From a virus: a DNA stretch of 64,000 bases. A program made the position numbers and the translations under genes. The DNA lies in the IMG/VR virus record IMGVR_UViG_3300047470_000115, positions 1 to 64,000 of that record; one strand, given 5' to 3'. Below, in pieces: positions 29,601 to 38,569 of the stretch. The notes under the pieces were generated by a model. It did not search any database. It was not told where the DNA came from and worked only from the letters and a program-made list of their open reading frames with translations. Within the stretch, counting starts at the first letter, position 1. The number at the start of each line of letters is the position of its first letter.

Positions 29601-29738
29601 AAGGCCGTGATTCTTCGATCTCCGTTTGGAGACGTGTTCATGGCCAACACGGGAGACCTTCAGTTCGACCGCATCCCCGGGGTAGGGTCGAGTGAGTTCA
29701 TTGATGTCACTCTGCCCTACTCGGAGGTGTTCAAGTGA
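26631..29738 (+). CDS. Large minor tail protein (Dit-like C-terminus, Ig/FN3-like middle)
   Basis: Follows the TMP; beta-rich; C-terminal VILRSPFGDV. Confidence 0.75.
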   Translation: MMATEPASIQNSSFVTDFTNAVSPIIKRPIHILDDGALVAVIPQQNSPDSPYGSGDSVNKIEIWYSPADRSTWTKKATYNLPTAFDISPGAHIHCGSVLLNDGSVYFAWRTPSPDFIIKAVVFSKTATATWTAPGSVETVFTPVGRFPYRLDLDVNRANNRVFLGWAYRGINSTTDTIGADVIVRTAANTYDFITGSYDLGGNAQQKDSTEDFTIAIDPASTTTWTRLAYCVTVVSTTKDYGDKVYMQVVRNSDNTTQGSQLYRTINTGRSASRRSSWLFAPKNGIFTLVGVGGAGAGSEAWGMRFKTSDPITDTTPAIAQVAPITYSPLKFNTNRSNSLFSDVTVTYANDNFNILWHDTSYVYNMPGKFKGVSIFNADTLASVSFETSQYSWDNRRVYDPATGRGAGVASGLYGGARNAAATNMHDVLMSYFVRTSISNKDAAWLHQYNRPSRAPQSAVPGKNTVQNTSLPLIGIYADLDQKYPRTPIRPKIQIAKDAGFTTGLIEYTKSGYTAVNNTNADNTYVYIAEKLAQGNALQSGAWYIRAAHEDSFGTRGAWTVAQPFSVLHKPFASPVSPVRGATFNYGASGQVTFTWTFGDGYEFDSQTAYRILIETNDSDDPVVVLDTGKIASTDTFVTLEIPSTSKNIQLRWSMQVWDIDDTAGDMSDYGLFMVADPPTITITTPVDGSVVDNARPFVQWTYVDPTDSTQAAYRVVILKEGVAVFDSGWKTGVETVFQADSLLLSNESSYTTVLYVRNSIALESSVSSSYTTEWIAPPDPDLSSLFIDVTGYDQRGQGYVLISWANLTADDEFLSWRLYRRYKLSDSAIVEDPGIDWELVHEEFSVSPPLDEPAYTFLDYTAPSGYDVHYTLTQTVMRFGSIVESRKVTIDDLGKMVHLASASYWLIDPEADGNPDDAIQLYGASSDSYTDEYETEIMNIIGRGRHVEIGDRLGYSGSLKVPLRFIRGSEALDGPRRQKLDLERFKAKGKAVILRSPFGDVFMANTGDLQFDRIPGVGSSEFIDVTLPYSEVFK

Positions 29739-31582
29739 TCCAGCCTCCTGCGTCAGTACTCAATGCGGTAATGGCACCAGTCACTACGGTGACGCGTCGT
29801 GTCGAGTTCTATGAGGCGGATGGCGTAACACCTTGGGGTGACAGCGAGGAGGCGTCGAGTTCACTCAAGGACGGCAGCGTTAGCGTAGACTCTACGCGGG
29901 ATGAGCGCCGCTCTCTGGACATGACCCTCGATAACTCCAGTGGCGCCTTCGTGCGAGATCCGAACAACGGATTCTGGTACGACAAGGTTGTCAAGGTCTA
30001 TCGCGGTATTCAGTACACATCATTCGAGGAGTACGAGCAGCTCATTCTCGGATTCCACCCAGACCTCTACTGGCGGATGGACGGGGCGCTTGTAACTCGC
30101 GACCGATCCAACAACGGGATGCATGCCAGGCGAGTCGGATGGCCTGTGCTCACGCGCCCCCTCGTGGACACGCCCGACTCGATGGGGAGTGTTCGGTTCG
30201 GCGAAGATGCGACGTTCATGAGGACGGCCGACATCTTGACGACCCATCCGGCGTACGCTGGCGCTACCTGGACGCTAGAGGCGTGGGTCAGGCCGATTGG
30301 ACTTAGCCCAGCATTCGGTGGTCAGATCTTCGGACGTGACGGCATAGACTGCCGAATCCAGATCGCAACCGACCTGAAGATTCAGGCCATCGTCCGCAAT
30401 GCAGCTGGTACGCTATTCGTTGCGAGTCCATCGTGGTCCGCGACGCCAGGCAACATCTATCACGTGGCTGCCACACTCGACGGCTCGTTTCTGCGGCTCT
30501 ATGTTAATGGCAACCTTGAGGCGAGCGTAACCTTCTCTGGAGTTTCAATCCAGTCAACGACTGGATTTTCGACAGGTAATGCAGGCGACGGCTCGACAAA
30601 ACAGCTTCGGGGTGACGTGGACGAGTGCGTCTACTTCGCGCGCGTACTTCGTCAGGATGAGATCGCACAGCACTACCAGTCCGGTCGTGGTCGCCGCGAG
30701 GTAAAGCACAGCTGGGAAGCGCAGATCGGAGAGTTCCTCATCGATAAGATCGATGAGGCTCGCTTCCCAAAGGAGACGAAGATCACGGGGAGGGACTACA
30801 CCAAGAAGTGCCTCCTTGCCCAGTTGCCTGTGGCGATGAGCTTCGACACGAAGACGCCACTCGAAGACTTCGTCCGCGCCATGGCCGCCAACGCTGGCAT
30901 CAAGAAGATGACGCTGCCGAAGACTGGTGTCACGATCGGTACGGCAACCGACTTCGACCAGGGCACTGAGCGCTGGAATGTCATGAGCAAGGCGTGCGAG
31001 ACGGCAGCCTACGAGCTGTTCTTTACGCCCGATGGATACCTGACGATGCGCAAGCAGCTCGACCCGTCAACGAGTCCCGTGACGCTAACCTTCGAGACTG
31101 GACCCAAGGGCAACCTGGTCGACTGGAGCAAGTCTAGTACTGACACCGAGATCCGTAACAGGATCATCTGCGTGAGCGACGGAAGCGACCAGGTGCTCCC
31201 GTTCTATGGCGAGGCTGTTAACACTGAGATAACTTCGCCCACCAATACCACTCGGCTGGGCGAGCGTACGTTCATCTACACCTCGCCATTCTTTACCAGT
31301 AACGATCAGTGCAAGGCCACGGCGCAACAGATGCTGAAGATCAAGGCACTAGAGAGCTTCAACGTCGACTTCAGTTCACTGGTGTTCCCGTGGACCGAGG
31401 CCGGAGAGATTGTCGAGTTCCTTGATCCAGATGCTGCTGCGTATGACCCGACGCGCTTTCTGCTCAGTTCGTTCACGATCCCGCTCAAGCTCGGACCGAT
31501 GACTGCGACCGCAAAGCGCATCATCATCGTTGGCGAGTTGGCCAACCCCCTGGATGTAGCGCTCGCGGCAGTGGAGGACTGA
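29735..31582 (+). CDS. Minor tail/baseplate hub protein with LamG/ConA-like insertion
   Basis: GSVSVDSTRDERRSL N-terminus; WTLEAWVRP...YHVAATLDGSFLRLYVNG...GDVDECVYF LamG motif. Confidence 0.8.
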   Translation: MIQPPASVLNAVMAPVTTVTRRVEFYEADGVTPWGDSEEASSSLKDGSVSVDSTRDERRSLDMTLDNSSGAFVRDPNNGFWYDKVVKVYRGIQYTSFEEYEQLILGFHPDLYWRMDGALVTRDRSNNGMHARRVGWPVLTRPLVDTPDSMGSVRFGEDATFMRTADILTTHPAYAGATWTLEAWVRPIGLSPAFGGQIFGRDGIDCRIQIATDLKIQAIVRNAAGTLFVASPSWSATPGNIYHVAATLDGSFLRLYVNGNLEASVTFSGVSIQSTTGFSTGNAGDGSTKQLRGDVDECVYFARVLRQDEIAQHYQSGRGRREVKHSWEAQIGEFLIDKIDEARFPKETKITGRDYTKKCLLAQLPVAMSFDTKTPLEDFVRAMAANAGIKKMTLPKTGVTIGTATDFDQGTERWNVMSKACETAAYELFFTPDGYLTMRKQLDPSTSPVTLTFETGPKGNLVDWSKSSTDTEIRNRIICVSDGSDQVLPFYGEAVNTEITSPTNTTRLGERTFIYTSPFFTSNDQCKATAQQMLKIKALESFNVDFSSLVFPWTEAGEIVEFLDPDAAAYDPTRFLLSSFTIPLKLGPMTATAKRIIIVGELANPLDVALAAVED

Positions 31583-32352
31583 TGGCCGGGTTCGATGAGT
31601 ACGCGTTCGCGCTGAAGTTTCGCGACACCATCAAGCGCATCGTTCGGGACATCCTGGATCAGGAGAGACCTCAGCCAAAGATCGGCCGAGTTGTCGACAT
31701 AGATCGTGCATCGGGTATCGCTTACGTGGTCTACCCAGGTAGTGACGAGACCACGATGAAGGTCACTGTTTACCCAGGCGGTCAGCCGCTCAACACGGAC
31801 CGACTTAACGGAGAAGGTCAGGGCAGTGTTGTCCGCGTGGCTGGAACACTCGGCTCGCGCTACATCGCTGAGGTTCTGAGTACCGGCAAGCAGTTCATGA
31901 ACCCGAGGCTGTTCCGGGCAGCGTTCGCTGGCGGTGGATCTGGTGACACTACAGTTCGCAACATCTTCAGTTTTAACTCGCCGACCGTCCCACCAGCCGA
32001 CGGTAGCGATTTGCCAGTCGCAACCTTCTTGTTTCCGAACCTGTGCGGCCGAGCTCGAATCTACCTTGAGCTTGCGAGTGACACGGACGGCTGGAACCTG
32101 TACAGCGACATCCCGTTCGATCAGACTACAACGAAGAACACGCTACTGAACTGGAGTGGCGGACTTCAGAGTTCGGCGGGGATGCTGGCCAGTATGAACT
32201 ACACGATCACGGCAGATCCTGGCGGACTCCTGGTCGTATTCAGTATTACCAGGAGTGCATCAAGTACGCGAACACCTACTCGTACGGCTATCGACTTCGA
32301 CATGGCGGGAGCCAACGTAACCCTGACGGCAGTAGGGGATACCTTCGTATAG
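31582..32352 (+). CDS. Minor tail protein
   Basis: N-terminal OB-like GRVVDID segment; TGATG coupling. Confidence 0.7.
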   Translation: MAGFDEYAFALKFRDTIKRIVRDILDQERPQPKIGRVVDIDRASGIAYVVYPGSDETTMKVTVYPGGQPLNTDRLNGEGQGSVVRVAGTLGSRYIAEVLSTGKQFMNPRLFRAAFAGGGSGDTTVRNIFSFNSPTVPPADGSDLPVATFLFPNLCGRARIYLELASDTDGWNLYSDIPFDQTTTKNTLLNWSGGLQSSAGMLASMNYTITADPGGLLVVFSITRSASSTRTPTRTAIDFDMAGANVTLTAVGDTFV

Positions 32353-32426
32353 GGCCCTATGCGTCGAATGATTGCTCGCGGGCAACTCTGAAGCTTAGTC
32401 TCGTGGTCTACCTAGGAGGTCACGGC

Positions 32427-32735
32427 ATGGTGGGAGAGAACAAGAACTGGTTCCGTCGTCTGGTCGAGGCGAACCCGGTCATGGTGCGCGGCGTGATCGT
32501 CGCAATCTTCGGCCTCGTCGCCATGGGGCTGAACATCCAGTTCGCCAGCGGTGCCGTCGAGAACATCGCGAACGGCGTCATCAGTGTCTTCGCGCTGATA
32601 TCCAGCTCCTGGGCGCGGCCGAAGGTCACGCCGAACACGAAGGTCGTGAGCTACATGCCGCGACCGGACACGAACCCCAGCGTCGTACTGCCGGGGAAGG
32701 CCAACGACTCGGTGATAGGCGGAGTACAACAGTGA
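32427..32735 (+). CDS. Holin
   Basis: AGGAGG RBS; two TM helices; WARPKVTP motif; directly upstream of the endolysin. Confidence 0.8.
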   Translation: MVGENKNWFRRLVEANPVMVRGVIVAIFGLVAMGLNIQFASGAVENIANGVISVFALISSSWARPKVTPNTKVVSYMPRPDTNPSVVLPGKANDSVIGGVQQ

Positions 32736-33709
32736 CAAGAACAGGCCCGCAGATCTACCCCGGAGCCATCCAGGGCAGCCACTGGTACCAGGACACCTGG
32801 GGCGGTGACGCGATGGAGAGCAACGTCATCCTCGTGCACAGCACCGAGGGTACTGACGTCACGAGCTACCGGGCAGGCGCCGACGCGCCGAACTTCACCC
32901 TGATGCCGAGGATCTCGAAGAAGAAGCTGGACGTCTACCAGCACTTCGGCGTGGACACCTCCTCGCGTGCGCTCGTCAACCTGTACGGCGGCGTCGAGAC
33001 GAACACGATGAACGTCGTGCAGTTCGAGCTCGTCGGCACCTGCGACGAGCGGCACAAGAGCAGCTGGGGAAGCCTCAAGGCGGGCGTCGACTACATCTTC
33101 TGGCCGGACGCCCCGGACTGGCTTCTCAACGAGGTTGGCAAGGTCTTCGGCTGGCACAACCTGCACCACGGCATCAAGCTGCAGTCGTCCGTCTCCTGGG
33201 CGCCGTACAACAAGGGCCAGGTCGGCGGCTCGTACGGCAAGAACAACGGCGTCCGCCTCACCGGCACGCAGTGGGTCGAGTACTACGGCATCCTGGGCCA
33301 CCAGCACGCTCCGGAGAACGAGCATGGCGACCCCGGCAACATCAACATCAAGAAGATCATCGACTACGCGAAGGCGTGGGTCAAGGCCCAGACCGGCACT
33401 TCAACGGGCGGCACCACCCCGACCAAGCCGAACGCGCCCAAGTTCAAGCCGTACCCCGGCGTCGCCTTCTTCATGAACGGCAAGGAACCGGCGTTCGGTA
33501 AGTCCTCGGTCGTCTTCACGAACATGGGCAAGCAGCTCGTGAAGAAGGGCTTCGGCAGGTACTACAAGGAAGGTCCCGGGCCGAAGCTGGGAAGGGCTGA
33601 CGTGAACGCGTACGAGTCCTTCATGCGGAGCCTCGGCCTCACCGACAAGGATGCCGAGTGGCCGCCCGGCCCGTGGAGTTGGGGCAAGCTCGAAGTCCCC
33701 AACAACTGA
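32732..33709 (+). CDS. Endolysin: N-acetylmuramoyl-L-alanine amidase with C-terminal peptidoglycan-binding domain
   Basis: LVHSTEG, VQFELVG and GILGHQHAPENEHGDPG Zn-amidase motifs; PYPG...F...PGPWSWGKL binding domain. Confidence 0.9.
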   Translation: MTRTGPQIYPGAIQGSHWYQDTWGGDAMESNVILVHSTEGTDVTSYRAGADAPNFTLMPRISKKKLDVYQHFGVDTSSRALVNLYGGVETNTMNVVQFELVGTCDERHKSSWGSLKAGVDYIFWPDAPDWLLNEVGKVFGWHNLHHGIKLQSSVSWAPYNKGQVGGSYGKNNGVRLTGTQWVEYYGILGHQHAPENEHGDPGNINIKKIIDYAKAWVKAQTGTSTGGTTPTKPNAPKFKPYPGVAFFMNGKEPAFGKSSVVFTNMGKQLVKKGFGRYYKEGPGPKLGRADVNAYESFMRSLGLTDKDAEWPPGPWSWGKLEVPNN

Positions 33710-33720
33710 CACCCCAAGTT

Positions 33721-33759
33721 CCCCAGGGGCAGTCCATGAGCCCTTGCCTGCCCCTGGGG
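33721..33759 (+). terminator. Stem-loop after the endolysin
   Basis: CCCCAGGGGCAG / CTGCCCCTGGGG, 12-bp perfect IR. Confidence 0.6.
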
Positions 33760-33781
33760 TCCCCCGATTGTAGAGGTTGAG

Positions 33782-34021
33782 ATGACGAAGAAGGGTAACA
33801 CCGAGAAGATCTTGCCCAACCCGAATCGCATGACCATCTTCAATGCGTTCGGGCTGGACTCGGAGGGGATGTGGGTACCCAAGGGGGAGCAGCTTATCCT
33901 CTGCGCCTGCGGCTGGAAGGATGGGTTTCGGGTCTTCCCGGAGGGTGACATCTCCAAGTCGGTCCAGGACCACAACCAGAGCTGCGAACTCCTCGAAGGC
34001 CGCGACCGCTCGAAGATTTAG
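33782..34021 (+). CDS. Small hypothetical protein (CACGW...H...C)
   Basis: GAGG RBS; fills the gap before the tail spike. Confidence 0.7.
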   Translation: MTKKGNTEKILPNPNRMTIFNAFGLDSEGMWVPKGEQLILCACGWKDGFRVFPEGDISKSVQDHNQSCELLEGRDRSKI

Positions 34022-34032
34022 GGGAGAGCTTC

Positions 34033-36204
34033 ATGGCATTGCCGGGAAACCTGACACTGCGTCCGGTTCAGGGTACTTACCTCAATCTAGAGGGTACGCC
34101 CTTGACCGGCACGATCGAGTTCACGATCGAGCCGATCCTCACTGATCCGACAGCGGGTGTCGTGATCATCCCGACAGCGCTGATCGCGAAGCTCGACGCG
34201 AACGGATTCTTCACCAAGTCGATCCTCACCACAGACGATCCCGACACTGACCCAACCGGGTTCAGGTACAAGGTCGTCGAGAAGTTCAACGGCGCGACAG
34301 GTCGAACCTTCTATCTGGATGTACCAGGTGACTCGGCCACCCCGATCGACCTCTCGACTGTCGCGGTAACGGCACCGCCTTCGGGGGGTAGCACCTCGTA
34401 CGCAACGGCCGCTGCCCTGACCGCCGAGATTGGCGCCAGGCAGTCAGGTGACAATGACCTGATTGCGCGCTCGTATGACATCGTCAACGCTGGCGGCTTC
34501 CCGTACTACGTCAAGTGTGACGACGTCACTGACGACACGAGCGCACTACAGACGGCGCTGTATTCGTGCCCCGAGGGCGGAACGGTCTATGTGCCGGTTG
34601 GCAAGTGCCGCACGAGTGTACCCATCATTATTCCGCCTCACGTCACGTTCCAGCAGAGCCACGCGAACGGTGAGCAACTCCCGACTGACACGGCACCCAG
34701 GTCTTGCATCAAGCCTCTCGCTAGCTTCGTCGGCGACGCGGTAATCAAGATCAACGACAAGCTCACGGGCGGTTACGCCGACGAGTCGCGCGAGCAGCGC
34801 CTGTACAACGTCAGCATCGACGGTAGTGCAGTGCCGGGCGGGACCGCAGTCGATGGCATCAAGATCTACGGGTACGTGCAGTCGGTCGAGCTGCGAGACG
34901 TGTGCATCTGGAAGGTGACAGGCAACGGCATCATCTGCCTGGTCAACGGTTCGGTCACGTCGGGCTCGCAGGCGCCGCTCGCGATGAAGTGGCAGCGCGT
35001 CATCGCGTACGAGGTCGGAGCAACAGGCTTCATTGCCTTCAACTGCACTGACTGCACCTTCACGGATGTCCTCGCCCTTGGCTGTAACGGTGACGGCTGG
35101 TACATCGAGGGTCCGGCGAACAGCACCTTCGCCGAGTGCCGCGCCGAGTGGTCGTCGGGTGAGGGCTTCAAGATCCAGCCGAAGTTCGGTCCTGTGACGC
35201 TGACCGGCTGCAGTACTGACCGTAACGACAAGAACGGCATCAGCATCATCGGTGGCGACTGGGACAGCTCGGTCATCATCAGTGGAGTCAGGCTTAACCG
35301 CGATGGTCGCAACGGAGGCGCCGGGGGAGGCGGGTATTCTGGCCTTCGCGTGGACAGCAATTGCCCGGTCCTGGTCAGCGGCATCATGGTCAACGCGCGC
35401 CGTGACGACAACGTCACGGGTCCTCTCGGGCCGGACTATGCCGTGTCCGCCATCAATTCGCAAGAGGTTGTACTTCACTCTGGTTACCTCAACGCGATCC
35501 TCGGAGGCGTCAACGACCTGGGTGGCAACTCCACACTTCTTCGAGGCATCAACGTCGAGGAGAAGATCGGAAACATGATCGGCTCGGCCACCGTTCGTAA
35601 GCGCGGTGTGCGAGCTGACCTGACCTCGGTCGCCTTCTTCGACACAGCAGGTGTCGAGACGAACCTGCTTCGTCCGGCGGTGCCTGTATCTACAGATCAG
35701 AACGTCGCGGCTTGGTCGGCAGACTTCGCGCTGGTGACGTCTGGTGCGCAGATCACTGCGGGGCAGATTCACCTAACAAAGGTCATCCTGTCTTCGCCGC
35801 GCAGCATCAGCAAGCTGGCGCACCACGTATTCACGGCAGGTGCCACGCTGACGGCAGCGCAGAACCTCATCGGGCTGTATGACGCCACAGGTCTGAAGCT
35901 CGCACAGTGTGCCGACCAAGCCACAGCCTGGACGACTGTCGGCTACAAGAACCCAGCCCTTGTGGGCGGAGCCCTGAACCTCGCGGCAGGTGTGTACTAC
36001 GTCGCGCTGCTTTCGAACGGTACGACTCCACCGTTTATCTCTCGAGTCGGTTCGGGCGCCGGTTCGCTGATGAACGCAGAGCTCGCCGCCACGGCGGTAC
36101 GATCTGCAACCTACGGCACAGGACAGACCACGCTACCGACAAACCTGACCATGGCGAGCATGGCTGTCAACTCGGCCCTGTTCGCCGTCGGTCTGGTCGC
36201 GTAA
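34033..36204 (+). CDS. Tail spike/fibre with pectate-lyase-like parallel beta-helix
   Basis: N-terminal anchor LDANGFF...TDDPDTDPTGFRYKVVE; DDVTDDTSALQTAL...GGTVYVPVG; repeated beta-helix rungs. Confidence 0.85.
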   Translation: MALPGNLTLRPVQGTYLNLEGTPLTGTIEFTIEPILTDPTAGVVIIPTALIAKLDANGFFTKSILTTDDPDTDPTGFRYKVVEKFNGATGRTFYLDVPGDSATPIDLSTVAVTAPPSGGSTSYATAAALTAEIGARQSGDNDLIARSYDIVNAGGFPYYVKCDDVTDDTSALQTALYSCPEGGTVYVPVGKCRTSVPIIIPPHVTFQQSHANGEQLPTDTAPRSCIKPLASFVGDAVIKINDKLTGGYADESREQRLYNVSIDGSAVPGGTAVDGIKIYGYVQSVELRDVCIWKVTGNGIICLVNGSVTSGSQAPLAMKWQRVIAYEVGATGFIAFNCTDCTFTDVLALGCNGDGWYIEGPANSTFAECRAEWSSGEGFKIQPKFGPVTLTGCSTDRNDKNGISIIGGDWDSSVIISGVRLNRDGRNGGAGGGGYSGLRVDSNCPVLVSGIMVNARRDDNVTGPLGPDYAVSAINSQEVVLHSGYLNAILGGVNDLGGNSTLLRGINVEEKIGNMIGSATVRKRGVRADLTSVAFFDTAGVETNLLRPAVPVSTDQNVAAWSADFALVTSGAQITAGQIHLTKVILSSPRSISKLAHHVFTAGATLTAAQNLIGLYDATGLKLAQCADQATAWTTVGYKNPALVGGALNLAAGVYYVALLSNGTTPPFISRVGSGAGSLMNAELAATAVRSATYGTGQTTLPTNLTMASMAVNSALFAVGLVA

Positions 36205-36268
36205 GGAACGGATCTAGACGGGGGAGAGGGGTGTGGTACTGAAAGTGCGCATGTAACGGGAGGACTGC

Positions 36269-36601
36269 GTGAACGAGGTTATGCAACTCCTTCCGTCGCT
36301 CGCAGTACCCGGCAGTGCATTGGGTGCGCTGGCAATCGGCATCGTGTCACTGCTGCGGGTACGAAGTACGGACAGAGACGCACTATCAACTTCACAGCGA
36401 ACCTATATCGAGATGGTCGAGAAGGCTCGCAACGACGCCGAGGCTAGAGCTCAGCGTTACATCGATCAAGTTGATGCCGAACGACAGAAGAGAATCGAGA
36501 CCGAGTATTCACTGGCCACCTCGGAGGCTACTAAGGGGGAGCTTCAGCGCCAGGTGGAACGCCTGCAGGAGCTTCTACAGCAAAGTAGACCTCGTGAGTA
36601 A
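36269..36601 (+). CDS. Membrane protein (N-terminal TM plus coiled coil)
   Basis: GGGAGG RBS; hydrophobic helix followed by a heptad region. Confidence 0.8.
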   Translation: MNEVMQLLPSLAVPGSALGALAIGIVSLLRVRSTDRDALSTSQRTYIEMVEKARNDAEARAQRYIDQVDAERQKRIETEYSLATSEATKGELQRQVERLQELLQQSRPRE

Positions 36602-37394
36602 CGCCAAACATAAGACTCGGAGTGGTGACAGGATGAGTGCCTTGAAGGTCGTGGACAGGTGGTGGAGTAGGCGGGCGCCCATATTCTTGGGCGGGGCACT
36701 CCTTGTTCTCGCTACCATGACGGTGATGCTCTATATCGGTCAGCTTCAGAGTGCTGATGCTAACAGCAGGCAGACCGATCAGATCGCGAGCCTCGCAAAG
36801 GCGCTCGATGATCAGCGCGAAGCAGCTCGCGAGGGTGGCGCCAAGGTTGTAGCGCCTCCCGCATCCAAGATCAAGGAAGACCCCAACATCATTGAGGGGG
36901 TCAAGGGCGACAAGGGAGACACTGGTGCATCAGGAGCGTCCGGCCCGTCAGGGCCTCCCGGGCCCTCGGGTCCGCCTGGACCATCCGGCACGCCCGGCTC
37001 AGAGGGAAGCGACGGGTCCAACGGGCAGAACGGCGCTAACGGAGCTGATGGAACAGACGGCTCGAATGGTGCGGACGGCGTGGGACAAGTTGGTCCAACT
37101 GGTCCGCCTGGCCCGACCGGCCCTGCAGGCAGCGATGGAGCGGATGGCAAGGATGGTGCAGATGGTAAAGACGGCAAGTCGCCATCTTCAATCCGCATCC
37201 CAGTCGGAGCGATCACGTACGTCTGTACGCCGACAGAGTCTGGCTCGACGGACTACACCTGCAGCCCGGAGGTCGGAGATGGCGGGTCTCAGGCGTCAGC
37301 AAACAAGTCAAGCCAGCTCCCCGTACCAGTACATCCCGCCGCGATACTCCCGGCCCTCGCGTTCATACGCAGGGTGAAAATGAGCTCGCGGTGA
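36594..37394 (+). CDS. Membrane-anchored collagen-like protein
   Basis: TM helix, coiled coil, about 30 Gly-X-Y triplets, C-terminal Cys pair; start either GTG 36594 or ATG 36633. Confidence 0.85.
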   Translation: MSNAKHKTRSGDRMSALKVVDRWWSRRAPIFLGGALLVLATMTVMLYIGQLQSADANSRQTDQIASLAKALDDQREAAREGGAKVVAPPASKIKEDPNIIEGVKGDKGDTGASGASGPSGPPGPSGPPGPSGTPGSEGSDGSNGQNGANGADGTDGSNGADGVGQVGPTGPPGPTGPAGSDGADGKDGADGKDGKSPSSIRIPVGAITYVCTPTESGSTDYTCSPEVGDGGSQASANKSSQLPVPVHPAAILPALAFIRRVKMSSR

Positions 37395-37534
37395 TTGCGT
37401 GGTTCAAGGCCGAGTGGGAGTTCCTTCTCTGGAGGATCAACTTCCGAAGGTACTGTCAGCAGTGTGACGAGATTTACGATTGGCCCACAGGGAAGCACAA
37501 GACCTGCACCTGTGCCGGGTTCTGGCGAATTTGA
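37391..37534 (+). CDS. 47-aa Cys-rich micro-protein (not in the ORF track)
   Basis: GTGA overlap with the collagen gene stop; MIAWFKAEWEFLLWRINFRRYCQQCDEIYDWPTGKHKTCTCAGFWRI. Confidence 0.6.
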   Translation: MIAWFKAEWEFLLWRINFRRYCQQCDEIYDWPTGKHKTCTCAGFWRI

Positions 37535-37715
37535 TCAGGCCGTGAAGAGCTTGTAAAGATAATGCCAGTACGTGTCACCCGAATGCAAATTCGGATTGTT
37601 CCCCATTTGATACGAAGTCGGAACAATGTTCTTGCGGAAACCACTAGACAATGGGTCAACAGGGGGTAATATATTACCAGCAGGTAGGACACGTGGGACA
37701 GGTGACACCAGCAGA

Positions 37716-37761
37716 GATGACCCACCATGCGCTTTCCTCCGAGTGCGCATGGTGGGTCATC
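37716..37761. terminator. Hairpin at the convergence of the late and early arms
   Basis: 17-bp perfect IR GATGACCCACCATGCGC / GCGCATGGTGGGTCATC. Confidence 0.8.
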
Positions 37762-37803
37762 TTCTGTTTCGAAGTCTTCTTATTGAGCGTATGGCTTGCG
37801 CTC

Positions 37804-38070
37804 TTACGGCTCCTCGCTGTCCAGCTGTATCACCTTGCCGAACTCGCCAAGTGCGCCGATCAGCTCTTCATCCCGTTCGGTCTCGGTCATCCCAGGGCGC
37901 AACCGTTCCATCAGGACGCGATACACCTTCCAGGCGAACTCGTACTCCGCGCTGTTGGGGTAGTCTTCGAGCTTCGGCATCGGAGGCAGTATCGGGGGAG
38001 GTGGATCGGGCAGCTTCGCGGGCTGTAATGCACTGAAGCTGGTACCAGTCTCCGATGGCTTCGAGCTCAT
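37804..38070 (-). CDS. Hypothetical protein
   Basis: GGAG RBS; 88 aa. Confidence 0.65.
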   Translation of the reverse strand: MSSKPSETGTSFSALQPAKLPDPPPPILPPMPKLEDYPNSAEYEFAWKVYRVLMERLRPGMTETERDEELIGALGEFGKVIQLDSEEP

Positions 38071-38085
38071 CGAGTATGACTCCGT

Positions 38086-38304
38086 TCATTCCGACCTTGC
38101 CTCCTGGTACGGGATCTCCTCGCCCTCGTATCCGACGTACGGCTCGATGATCCCACGTACTGTGATGTGATGACCGCACTTCTTCTGGCCAGGAACCTTG
38201 CCAGCCTCCGTGGTGACGACAGATCGCCACTCGCGATCACCATCAGACGGCAGGATCACGAGATCGCCGATCTCTAGATCCTCGATGGCCTTCTTGATGG
38301 CCAT
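38086..38304 (-). CDS. Hypothetical protein (SH3/KOW-like beta fold possible)
   Basis: IEDLEIGDLVIL motif; TGATG coupling. Confidence 0.7.
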   Translation of the reverse strand: MAIKKAIEDLEIGDLVILPSDGDREWRSVVTTEAGKVPGQKKCGHHITVRGIIEPYVGYEGEEIPYQEARSE

Positions 38305-38561
38305 CAGAACGTTTGCCTCTCCCGAATGCCCGGGGTCGACGTGTCCCCGGCGTGGGAGTGGTTGATGGGGGAGTCCTCCATGTCCGCCGTGACGGCCGGT
38401 GTTTCCCGCCCTTCGAGCAGCTTCTGCGCTCGCGTTACGCGACTGTCACCCGTCGGATGGTGCTGACAGGTCTGACAGTTCCGACCGTACTCGCCCGGCT
38501 TGCCGCAGTGGAGACTCTGGTCCCCGGTAGTGGCGGCATCCATACAGCCCTGACACATCAT
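38304..38561 (-). CDS. Cys-rich hypothetical protein
   Basis: AGGAGG RBS; CQGC...HC...CQTCQH. Confidence 0.7.
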   Translation of the reverse strand: MMCQGCMDAATTGDQSLHCGKPGEYGRNCQTCQHHPTGDSRVTRAQKLLEGRETPAVTADMEDSPINHSHAGDTSTPGIRERQTF

Positions 38562-38569
38562 GAGTCCTC

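Noticed and set aside
37535-37750. 71-aa minus ORF resembling a lasso-peptide/RiPP precursor (GNNPNLHSGDTYWHYLYKLF)
   Set aside because: No Thr at -2, acidic residue at position 10, no maturation enzymes, AT-rich third positions, and the start lies inside a hairpin
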